The notes under the pieces: model-generated
Seen by the model: only the letters and a program-made list of their open reading frames with translations
Told to the model about the DNA's origin: nothing
Databases searched by the model: none
Part shown: one piece after another, positions 12,745 to 24,825 of the stretch
How positions within the stretch are numbered: position 1 is the stretch's first letter
Layout: each line of letters opens with the position of its first letter
Assembly: GCA_010909165.1 (NCBI GenBank)
Contig: MU008154.1
Location: 248,001-312,000, forward strand
Direction: 5' to 3'
Source: Anthoceros angustus
Taxonomy: Eukaryota; Plantae; Anthocerotophyta
Length of the DNA stretch: 64,000 nt
Program-made: the position numbers and the translations under genes

Positions 12745-13100
12745 AGATAGGGGACCCTAATAGGTTGCGGGGACCCTAATAGGTTGCGATAGGGGATTAT
12801 ATTAGGTTACGATAGGGTTATAAGGTTGCAATAGGTTGCAATAGGTTGCGATAGGGGATTATATTAGGTTACGATAGGGTTATAAGGTTGCAATAGGTTG
12901 CAATAGGTTGCGATAGGGGATTATATTAGGTTACGATAGGGTTATAAGGTTGCAATAGGTTGCGATAGGGGATTATATTAGGTTACGATAGGGTTATAAG
13001 GTTGCGATAGGGAATTATTTTAGGTTACAGTAGGGTTATAAGGTTGCGATAGGGGATTATTTTAGGTTACGATAGGGTGGGTTATAAGGTTACGATAGGA
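12745..13100. repeat. G-rich-strand minisatellite with 62/52-bp higher-order units built from 10-11 bp ATAGGTTGC-like subunits
   Basis: Units start at 12779, 12841, 12903 and 12955. Confidence 0.9.
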
Positions 13101-13198
13101 TTATAACAACGCTTGAGATGTTGACAGCCCTTTCGATAGAGAGCCACAAAACGGAGACACTAAGTTTTCAATGGAGACACTGTGTTTTCGTTTTCAAT

Positions 13199-13409
13199 GG
13201 AGACACTGTGTTTTCGATTAAGAGACCCCATAGCAAAGCCCAATAAGGATCTAGACTTCCCATCTTTAGAGACTCTAAAAAGGGCTTATAAATGTGTGGA
13301 TCCTGGAGACACTGTGTTTTCGATTAAGAGACCCCATAGCAAAGCCCAATAAGGATCTAGACTTCCCATCTTTAGAGACTCTAAAAAGGGCTTATAAATG
13401 TGTGGATCC
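13199..13409. repeat. 106-bp direct tandem duplication
   Basis: GGAGACACTGTGTTTTCGATTAAG...GTGGATCC at 13199 and 13305. Confidence 0.95.
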
Positions 13410-13575
13410 GTCCATCTATTATAATCCTTTATCATGACCTATTATAATCCTTTATCATGATCCCCTATCACTTCATGATCTATTATGATCCCCTATCACT
13501 TCATGATCTACTATGATCCCCTATCACCACTTATTATAATCCCTTATCATGATCCCCTATAGTGATCTATTATGA
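13410..13575. repeat. C-rich-strand minisatellite (ATGATCCCCTATCAC...), inverted relative to 12680-13100
   Basis: ATCCCCTATC is the reverse complement of GATAGGGGAT found in the left array. Confidence 0.8.
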
Positions 13576-14682
13576 TTTTCTATCACGACATAGACACCTG
13601 TGTGTTTTAAATCTTAGTAACCTATTATGAACCCCTGCATGTAATGATCCTATCAAAGAAGCTATATATCCAAGTGGACCAAAAATATTCAGTTATATCT
13701 AGAGAGGATAAGTTCGGCTGTGTAGTTTAGGCCAAGCGGTCATATACATATAGAGGTATGAATGTGGAATTTGATGTACATATATACATCTGTAGTGGGG
13801 TCAGCATAGCAGGGGCTTGCCTGAGTGACTGACATTCACACACTACAGCCAACTCATCGTCCGAAGATGCCCGTGTCTGATTTCAGGACGCTTTCACCGT
13901 ACCATCGAAGCCCTGCTGGAATCTGCATTAACAGGGAACCAACCTACACCGTCCACGACCGTAATAGCTATCCCCACGCAATCAATCTGCCACGAGGCAT
14001 ACAAGCTGTATTCCATTACAACTGCCATCCTGCGCACATCCAGAATTCCAAATCCAGTGGGAACAACAACCAAAAACTGCCCGGACTTGTCAACAAGCAA
14101 ATCCGGCGACCCACACTTTTCACTGTTCTCAGCACTACCAACACAACTGGAGCATGGGAAACGTTTGCAGAGCCGGAATCCAATGTTGTTCATTTGTCTG
14201 CATTAATAGACATAGAATATAGCTACGCCGCGAAACCATCAAAACACGCTGACAACCCTACAGAGCTACAGATTATGTCATTGCATACACCTTGAAGGGC
14301 AGATCAAGGTCGGATTGAACCAAGAGAAAAATGGCGCACTACCTGCAACCTACTCAAGCTTTAAACTGATCGGTAGGGGCACCCCATACCACCTATATGA
14401 TCCCCTCTAGGGGGACATAATCACTTGACCACACTCCCTATATACTGAAGAGAGGGTGTGGTAGGCATCCAACACTGTCTGGCCAACATGACCTCGCAAA
14501 AAAATTAACAGAACCCCTTCATTCAGCTGACGGGAATACAATACAAACGACGTCTGAAGTGAAAGAGCCACAGGTGGGAACAGCAACAGCTTATTGAAAG
14601 TAATCCTTCATCCAGATGCTGCACAATGATCCATGTACACCAGCACCACAGCTCTCTGATTTCACATCTCAGCTTAAAAAGG

Positions 14683-15650
<968 letters not shown>

Positions 15651-16281
15651 TCACCTCGGATCTGCTAACCTCCTGCCGCACCGCACAAAAAATTTGTCAC
15701 CCGATCTGTTCTCTGCCGCCGCCGCCCGCCTGCTTTACCTGGCTGCTGCGGTCGTCACAAGCGCCATGCCAGCCGCTGCGCTGCTTGAGAGTTCGATGCC
15801 TAGCTCCTGCTCCCGCGCTGAGAGAGAGAAAATAGGCTGGCACCCCAGCAGTAAAGTCCCCCGAATGAAATGAAAGCGAAGAATGATCGTTACAATGTAT
15901 TTTGCCAGCTTTGAGGCCCGGGCGGCCCGGGTGCCTCCCGCTTCCATTGCACTGACTCGCTAACTGATTATAAAAATCAATTCAACCCACATATCATTCT
16001 GTTACATGAGCCAGTTTTGACACAGCATCCCAAAATTTCTGCTGTCTTCAATAGGTCATGCATTTGAAAAATTTTGCGCATAAGGTACGCATGAGGCAGT
16101 GGACAAACACTAACGAATCTGGTGATGCTAAAGGGCGGCCTTCCTGCTCTAACGCTGTAAGGTACACTAAATCAAAAGCTGCCTCCTTTCAAGTATTACA
16201 GACAAAAGAAAAACGAATCACAGTGCACCAACTTACTGCCGATCCACAGAAGGTGAACTCGGAGGCCCTTGGGTGTAGGAA

Positions 16282-18647
16282 TCAACGATCATAAGGAGCA
16301 TATTGAGGTGACAGAGAGCGGTCCCGCTGCTGACCACGATATGGTGAGTATCGAGGAGACCTATCACGAGCTCTGGAGTAAGGTTGATGCTCGGCAGAGT
16401 GTCGAGGGCGATTATCACGTCCAAACCCGCCACTCCCACCTCCTCGTCTGTATGACTGACTTCCTGCAGATACATGGCATGGGCATCAGAAAAAGGAAAA
16501 TGGAGGAACAGAAGACAGGAATTCAGACAAGTGGGCTCATTGCACCCTGCAGCACTGAGTTCAGCCCACCTCTTGCACCCAAGTACTGCCCAGGAGTAGG
16601 TGTGCGAGCACGTTGCCTCCGAGCCTGCATTGAGAAGCATGTTAAAAGACAAGCTTGAACATCCCAAGAACCACTACCAACCTCTAGGCTATAGCCTGCA
16701 ACGTGGGTACAAGAAGAAGCCTGCAAAGCCAAAGCAGCAAGTAGATAGGCGACCATACAACTTACTGTGTTACGCAAAAGCAGCAGCAGAATCATGGCAA
16801 ACCCATTGGTGTGAAAGAATGTGCGGCAACATGGATGCAGGTTATCCAAAAGTGAGTGTGGCTCCTACACGGCTTCGGAACCCAGACAGCTTCCAACTCA
16901 ACAAGGTCTAGATGCCTCTTGCCAACAGCTGAATGCGAACTTGCAGACATGGATGGCATGGGAAGCAACATTCAGCCGCAGGGAGCTCGATTCGCTGCCG
17001 CAGGTCTCTCATTGATTAGCCTAGGAGTTTGACTCAGCTAGTCATATGTGATGAACAAGCTGTCATCAACCATTCACGTAGAGATGGCTGGCGTTTACTG
17101 AGTTTACAGCTGATCTGCAGCCCCTAGGACCTGGGCAGTGTGCCACCACGCGCGATGGGCCAGGCTGTGATGCAGTAGTTAAGGATAGGCATGTTGGTGG
17201 CGCAAAATAAGGCGCATTCTGGATGACCAAAGGGTCAACGATAGCATTAGCAATGACCAGGCCAAATTTTCTGAGATGGGATGGTAAATAGCCAGCATGA
17301 GTGACCTGCAGAAACACTAATCCTTGAGATGCAGCCACCTTTCTCACACCACCCAACAAGTCTTACCTTCTCTACCGTAATTGTTCGGCCTTCAAGAGTT
17401 GATCGGTTGAGGTACTTGATACATCGTTCGGCCTCATCCAAGTGCTTCATAGTTACAAAACCAAAGCCACACGATTCCTTCGTACGTGGATCTAGGATAA
17501 GCCGACATTCCAGAACCTGCCACACAAAAGGGTCAGCACGAGTTAGACACAAGTTGCCACTCCAAAGTCGTCCAGGGTCTTTAATCAACACATGAAAGTC
17601 CTTGTTTCCAACCTTTCCCTCCTGTGAGAAGTGGTCTTGAAGGAGTTTCTCATTGACGCGAGTCGACAATCCTGTAACATACAGGTCATTGCCAACGTTG
17701 GCAGCATCATCTTTTATCTTCCCACGATCACTCCCTCTTTCACTACCCCTTGCACTTTCATCACCTCTGTCAATACCCCTGATGCCTCCATCACCTCTGT
17801 CACTACCCCTGATGCTTCCATCACCTCTGTCACTACCCCTGATGCTTCCATCACCTCTGTCACTACCCCTGATGCTTCCATCGCCACTTCGGTCACCACC
17901 TCTGTCGCCACCTCTTTCACCACCTCTGTCGCCACCTCTGTCACCACCTCTATCACCACCTCTGTCACCACCTCTTTCGCCACCTCTTTCACCACCTTTG
18001 TCACCACCCCTGTCGCCACCTCTCAGACCACCTCGCTCACCACCTCTCGCAGCACCTCGCTCCCCTCTATGAGTACCACCGAACCAGCAGAGTCAGCATA
18101 TTTGTCAAGAAGGATGCCAGTTTAGAGGTGAGAATGATTCTGGATGGCAATGGCACAATGCCTGACATGATTCTGCCTACCGTGGAGCAGGGCTGAAAGA
18201 GCGTGACCGACTCTGGTAGTCTCTCTCCGACCGATCCTGACGGTCCTTCTCCGACCGACTCTGATTGTCTTTCTCCGGTTCTGGTGAGAGAGAGCTTGAA
18301 TACCTGAACAGATCAAGACCAAAGGGTTCTTCTGGGAAGAAAGTTTGCAAACAGCACAGGCTTCCATCAACGTGTTTCTCAACTAGACTCCAAACCAGGG
18401 GTGAGAACCGGCAGGCACTGCTATGTACAGCTGCCAAGACTCAAGGAATGGGGCAAGGCAACTCGCACAAGCCAAATTGCAGGTTTTACACAGACCTTCC
18501 CTTAGCCGGAGGAGATTTCGCCTGCAAACACCCACAACACGGTAGACGCACATCAGGTCCGATGACGAGTTCATGTCACAATGATGGTCGTGAACCAATT
18601 AAGACTGAAGCTCTATAGCTGCCACGCGAGTCACAAATGCTTACCAT
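16282..18647 (-). CDS. SR45a: SR45a/Tra2-like SR splicing factor; exons 18647-18645, 18521-18496, 18303-18181, 18066-17613, 17516-17367, 16624-16570, 16463-16282
   Basis: RRM NDLYVTGLSTRVNEKLLQDHFSQEGK/VLECRLILDPRTKESCGFGFVTM...TITVEK, followed by ARRQRARTPTPGQYLG typical of SR45a. RS/SP-rich termini. All junctions GT-AG and in frame. Confidence 0.9.
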
Positions 18648-19019
18648 GGCTTCGAAGAGTAAGGTGCATCCGCTACCTAGCTGGCTGCAGGATACAACAG
18701 GACAATCCGAAGTTCGAAAAGAGCCCAACACTGTGGAATCCCGCAATAACACCAAGGAGAGACGAGGTTCGCTGCCAGACGACCTAACGAAGCACAAGCG
18801 CAGCTCACTCGCGGGGTAGGAGCTACAACGAGCCCCTAAGCAGATGCTGAGGCGGCTGCCGGCCGGAACGTGAAGCAAAGAGCTTCAAAGCACTAGAAGC
18901 GGCGGTGTCGTCAAGGGGAAGTGTCGAGACAACTTAGGTCTAGTGGGAGGCAAATACTTCTCGTTTCGAGGACAGGCGGAGCATCGAGGTCCTTTGGGGA
19001 CCAGAATCTGGTCCTGGAG

Positions 19020-19562
19020 ATGGCGTCCTCGTCGGAGAAGAGGGGCATCCCTGCGGCTCGGTTTGTACAGGATGTGGAGGCTTTTCTTGCCGAGACAGGC
19101 TCCAACGCGGCCACCGCTCTGAGCACGTTGCAAGACAAGCTGCAGCAGTACAAGCTGGTGGAGATCAAGCTGCTGGGGCAAAAGCGGGATTTGCAGTCCA
19201 AGATTCCGGATATCAAGAAGTGCCTGGAGATTGTTGGGCAGCTGCTGGCGCAGCAGGATTCCAGCCAGGAGATGACGGTGGATTATGAGGTGGCTGAGGG
19301 GATCTACTCGCAGGCCGTGTTGGACAAGACGGACTCGCTTTGCCTGTGGCTTGGGGCGAATGTGATGCTAGAGTACTCCTGCGCGGAGGCCCAGAGTCTC
19401 TTGGAGAAGAATCTGGAGAACGCTAATGCCAGCTTGATTTCTATCAACGAGGACTTGCATTTTTTGCGGGACCAGGTCACGATAACTGAGGTCACTATTG
19501 CTCGAGTGTTCAACTGGGATGTCCATCGGCGGAGAAAAGAGAGGGCTTCTGTTGAAGATTGA
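19020..19562 (+). CDS. PFD3: Prefoldin subunit 3 (VBP1), 180 aa, intronless
   Basis: [16 protein letters not shown] ... [12 protein letters not shown] ... [19 protein letters not shown] signature. Confidence 0.95.
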   Translation: MASSSEKRGIPAARFVQDVEAFLAETGSNAATALSTLQDKLQQYKLVEIKLLGQKRDLQSKIPDIKKCLEIVGQLLAQQDSSQEMTVDYEVAEGIYSQAVLDKTDSLCLWLGANVMLEYSCAEAQSLLEKNLENANASLISINEDLHFLRDQVTITEVTIARVFNWDVHRRRKERASVED

Positions 19563-20280
19563 TCAATGCAGTCGGAGTGGGAGCTCGTCATGCTCGCCTC
19601 GGGCTGGGCCAGAGTTTCATCCACATAGGGTCATGCATATAGTCCATGTCGAAGCCATGTTTCCAGCACTCCATCAAGTATATCATCCGTCCAGGGTCTG
19701 GCAGGGTCACCAGGTGCCTCACAATCTCTCACGACTGAGGTTCCTGGAGGACAGGATGTCATTGAGGACATCTGAATTTTGTTAGGCTTAGGATGTAGCC
19801 TGAGACTTCGTAGGCATCTGGCTGTGTACAAAATTGAATCAGTAGCAAAGGCTTACCTGTCTTGCAATGTTGTGTGTAGAACCACAGTGTTTGTAGGGTG
19901 AATTGAGAGTCCACCCAACCGAATGTAACCAACTGTTGTTATGGCATATTGAATTGGCATTCTGCGTGTCTCTGTGCTCTTGCTTGCTTAATGACGAAGG
20001 TGATGCAGGATCACGTCACCGCATATCGTCCGTGGATAAACAACGCATGGTCCTTGTCAACCGCCGACTTCATTCAGGTTGTAACCGGCATCGTTTGTGC
20101 CTTGAAAAGCTGCAAGAGCAATCCACTCTCTCACTGACCAGATGTGCGGATACAGATGATAGCCGTGTTCAGATCACAAGATTTGAAAGTCAGCTGCTCT
20201 TTCACAGAAAACTGCGTCTGGAACATCATCCATCCCTGGACGCCGTCCGGACTGTTCTGGAAGGAAGGGGAGTGGTGAAG

Positions 20281-22498
20281 ATGTCATTCCTTGGCGTCGT
20301 CCTTCCTGGGTCACTGCTTGATGGGTCTAATTCTGCCACCATTCTTACAATTGCCTCTATTGCTGTGGCGCTATTAGCCATTTGGAAGAGCTATGAAGGG
20401 AAGAAGCTGCCTCTTCCTCCAGGACCTTTCAACTGGCCTGTGGTGGGCAGCATGTTTCTCGTAGGGTCGGAACCTCCTCTTGCTTTCTCGAGGCTTGCTA
20501 AACGCTACGGGCCATTGATGTACATGAGGCTCGGATCACGTTCCACACTCGTGGTCTCCAATGTAGAGGTACTCATCTCGTTGTGCACAAGCTGTTTGCG
20601 GGCTGTAGACCGTTTTTCATGAACTTTCCGTGCTTAATCTTGGTCCAGGTCTCTGAACGGCAGGCCGCGATTTGTTGAATCGAACTGTTTGCTTCGATTG
20701 TGCTACCAGATGGCAAAGGAAATCTTTACGGTGCACGATGCCGACTTCGCCTCCCGACCGGACATGATGCTTCGGGAGTATCTTAACTTCGGCAAGGGCC
20801 TGGTCTTCTATCCCACCACAGACCAGTCTAAGCTGTGGCGAAAGATGCTGAACACTGAGCTCCTGGGTGCCCCTCGGATGAAAGACTTCAGGCATATCAG
20901 AGAAGAGGACGCAGCTGCCATGGTAAACTCGGTCTGGCGTTCTCACGAGTCCGGTGAGCCTGTAGTCCAACCTGCAACCCGTGGATGTTTTTTCTGTCCC
21001 TTTTGGAGCACTAATATATATTTGAGCATGGATGTCCCAACTTCCAAGCATGCTGAAGATAGCATTGCGATGTCTGAGACAGGTATCGGAGTGGATATTC
21101 TCCGACTACTGCACGAATTCAGCATGAATAGCATGTTCCGACTGATTTACGGCAAACAGTACTTCCATGCCAGCGGGGAGGTTGTTGAGGAACTCCAATC
21201 CTACAACGAGAAGGTTATGGTGGGATATGAGGCCATCGTTAGCAAGTTCAACATCGCAGATGTGATACCCTCCCTGAGGTGAGGTGATACCTTCTTGTGT
21301 TCGCAGATAGTTCTTCGGTGTTCACATGCACAGTATGCTGTTCAAACTGCAACTGACTGGGCTGTGGTCTATCAGGTGGCTGGATTTGCAAGGAATAGAG
21401 AAGCAATGTAAGCAACTTGCGGAAGATCTGAAGCATGTGATGCCACCGCTCCTTGTGGAACGTAGAAAGAGGCGTCAGGAAGGGACACGTAACCGGGAGT
21501 GCTTCCTGGATGTGTTGCTGTCTCTGGAAGGCGACAGGAAGTTCTCAGACGAGGAAATGCTGGGATTGTGTTCGGTAAGATGATGTCCAGCAACTCTGCT
21601 AGCTTATAGCGATAGATATGCTCGGCAGTGGCCTCACCTCGATGGTACTTTTCTGTAAGGAACTGGTTGGTGCGGGGACAGACACATCAGCCAAGGCAGG
21701 CCAATGGACCATGGCGTACCTCGTTCGCTACCCTCAGATGCAGGCCAAAGCTCATGAAGAACTGGACAGAGTGGTGGGCAAAGGAAGACGAGTGTCCGAG
21801 ACTGACATCCCAAACCTGCCATATATACAGGTGAGAGATTGCTTAGCCAGCTGGAGCTGACTCCCTGCTCTACACTCATCCTGCTCTTAGCTGGCCAGAG
21901 GAAATGTTCTATTTAAGAAGAAACAAGCGGACATGTTGCTACAGGCAGTAGTGAAGGAAGCTCAAAGACTGCGGCCTGTTGCACCTCTAGGGGTGCCTCA
22001 CAACAGCCTCAAAGAGGTTGTTGTAGCCGGCTACAGAGTACCTGCCAACACCCAACTCTTCATAAACTTGATGGCTCTGATGTCGGACGAACTGTACTGG
22101 GAGAAGCCCTGGGAGTTCAGGCCGGAAAGGTTCCTGGAACAAGACATTAGCGCATTCGGCAAAGACTTCCGGTTCCTTCCCTTCGGAAGTGGACGACGAG
22201 GGTCCGTGCGAGCCCTGCCTCTCTCCGTATTATCTGTCCCCACTGCGTTTCCAGGCTAACCAGCGATCATTGAATCTCGGAACTTTTGTGCTGCTGCAGG
22301 TGCCCTGGAGCTCTGTTAGGCCTGACCTCCGTGACTCTCAGTGTGGCAACGTTGCTGCATGCCTTCCAGTGGAGCCTTCCTGATGGGCAACCAGTGGAGG
22401 AGATGGACTTTACCCAGGCTTTTGCCCTGAGTGCGCACATGAAAAGGCCGCTTATCGCAGTTGCCACGCCCAGACTTCCTGCCAACTTTTACTTGTAA
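20281..22498 (+). CDS. Cytochrome P450 (CYP71-clan/A-type-like), 517 aa; exons 20281-20568, 20710-20953, 21083-21278, 21376-21574, 21660-21830, 21945-22201, 22300-22498
   Basis: Membrane anchor, PPGP hinge, AGTDTS I-helix, KEAQR (ExxR), RPERF, FGSGRRGCPG heme motif across the last intron. Confidence 0.93.
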
Positions 22499-22539
22499 AA
22501 GACCAGGTACCTACTATCAGTGTATGTACCAAACTTGTG

Positions 22540-24311
22540 AACAAGTAGACTTGTTTCTTCTTGAATTGAACAGTTCCTCTGGTCAGCTGGATAGGCAATC
22601 TCACCTGTATGTATGGCAGGTTTGGGATGTCAGTCTCTGACACTCGCCTTGCTTTGCCCTCCAGTCTGTCCAGCTCCTCATGATCTCTGGCCTATGAAGA
22701 GCCCTGACCTGTATATGAGGGTAGCGAACGAGGTACGGCTTGGTCCATTGGCCTGCCTTAGATGATGTATCTGTCCCAGCGCCAACCAGATTCTGGTACA
22801 GAAGTACCAGCAAGGTGAGGCCACTGCCCAGCATACTTATAGCTGTGCGTAATTTCTGTAGCTAGCTAGCAGAGTTGCTGGACATGCTTTGCATCTCACC
22901 GAACACAGTCCCTGCCTCTGCATGAACTTGTTCCAAGGTGTAGCTGTCACCATACTTATCCACCAGAGAAGTGATGAGCTGAAAATGGAACAAGAGTCCC
23001 CCTCCAACGCTGTCAGAAATTTCTCCGCCGCTTCTTGATCTATCAGCATGCCTGTGCCTTCACGCAGCTTCTGTAACCTCCGAAAAGTCATATGCACTGT
23101 CTCTCCTTTCTTGCGTGCAAAGGACGCAAGCTCTGCAATTTTTTCAGGAGTCTTCAGCGGAAAGGCTTTTTCCGGAATCCCCATGAACACCTCCACCGCG
23201 CTGAGAATTTCGTTTCCCCTTCTTGAAACAACAACACATCCAGAAACCACTCCCGGTTAGTAGTGTCCCTTCCTGACGCTTCTCTCTACGTTCCACAAGG
23301 AGCGGTGACATCACATGCTTCAGATCTTCCCGAAGTTGCTTACATTTTTTCTGTAATTCTTGCAAATCTAGCCACCTGATAGATCACAGCCCAGTTGTCC
23401 GCACTTTGAACGTCATACTGTGAAAGTGAACATGGATGAGCTGGCGATGAACACAAGAAGGTATCACCTCACCTCAGGGAGGTTATCACTTCTGCGATGT
23501 TGAACTTGCTAGCGATGGCCGCAAATCCCAGTGTAATCTTCTTGAGAAAGAACTTGAGCTCCTCAACCACCTCCCCATCGGCCTCGGCCTTGAAGTACTG
23601 TTTGCCGTTAATGAGTTAAAACATGCTAGCAGTTCATGTTTAATCCATGCAGTAGTCGGAGAATATCCACTCCGATCCCTGTCTCAGACATCGCGGGCTC
23701 ATCTTCAGCATGTTTGAAAGTTGGAAGATTCATGCCAGCTCAAAAACAGTAGTGCTCCAAAAGGGACAGTAAAAACATCAATGGGTTGGACTACAAGCTT
23801 AGCTCACCGGACTCCAAGAACGCCAGACCGTGTTTAGCATAGCAGCAGCTCCTTCTTCTGTAACATGGCTGAAGTCTTACATCCGAGGGGCACCCAGGAG
23901 CTCAGTGTTCATCACCTTTCGCCGCAGCTTGGATTGATTTGTTGTGGGAGCGTAGGTGAGGACGGGAGGCGAAGACGGCATCGTGCACTGTCAAGATTTT
24001 CCTTGCCATCTGGTAGCACAATCGAAGCAACCAGTTTCATTCAGCGAATCTGTGCCTGCCAGTCGGAGACCCAGACCAAATTGAGCATGGAGAACTGATG
24101 GAAGTACGGTCTAGAGTCCGCAAACACCTTATCCACAACGAGATGAGTACCTCTACATTGGAGACCACGAGTGTGGAGCGTGATTCTTGCCTTCACAGCT
24201 CTTCCAAATGGCTGACAGCGCCACAACAAAGGAGGCAATTGTAACAACCATGGCAGAATTAGACCCATATTCAAGCAATGACCCAGACACGACGTCGCTA
24301 AGGAATGCCAT
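22540..24311 (-). pseudogene. Inverted P450 pseudogene, exons 1-5 only
   Basis: Reverse-strand homology to the paralogs from ATG 24311 (MAFLSDVVSGSLL) to inside intron 5 at ~22540. Internal deletions in exons 1 and 2 and frameshifts. Confidence 0.9.
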
Positions 24312-24825
24312 CTTCACCACTTCCCTTGCTTGCAAAACAGTCCGGACAGCCTCCAAGGATGGATGACGTTCCAGACTCAGTTTTGTGCCAGAGAGCAGCT
24401 GAACTTCAAATACTGTCATCTGGACACGGCTATCTGGTGAGATGAGAGAGTGGGAAGTCCTGCTTTTGCTGTTTTGTAAGGCACAGACACTGCCGGCACA
24501 ACCTGGACATTGGTGACGGCACTTGACAGTCGCGGATACCTGTTGCGTATGGGGATTTTGGACATGCGAGAGACTATGTATGTATGTATGTGGAGGCCAT
24601 TGGCATGAGATGCGACGGAGGACGTGGTACGGGCGGAGCATCTATGGCTCGGGAGCCCATGGTGTCCACTCTCTCACTCTGACCAGATGTGCGGACACAA
24701 ATGTAGCTGTGTCCAGATCACAAGATTTGAAGCAATCAGCTGCTCTTTCACAGAAAACTGCATCTGGAACATACTCTGTCCTTGGAGGCTGCCCGGACTG
24801 TCTGCACGGAAGGGGAGTGGTGCAG

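Noticed and set aside
12779-13100. Interstitial telomere array
   Set aside because: TAGGGTT occurs only as part of a longer unit; there are no tandem TTTAGGG repeats.
17653-18125. Extensin-like (SPPL)n and Thr-rich ORFs on the plus strand
   Set aside because: They are antisense shadows of the SR45a RGG repeat exon.
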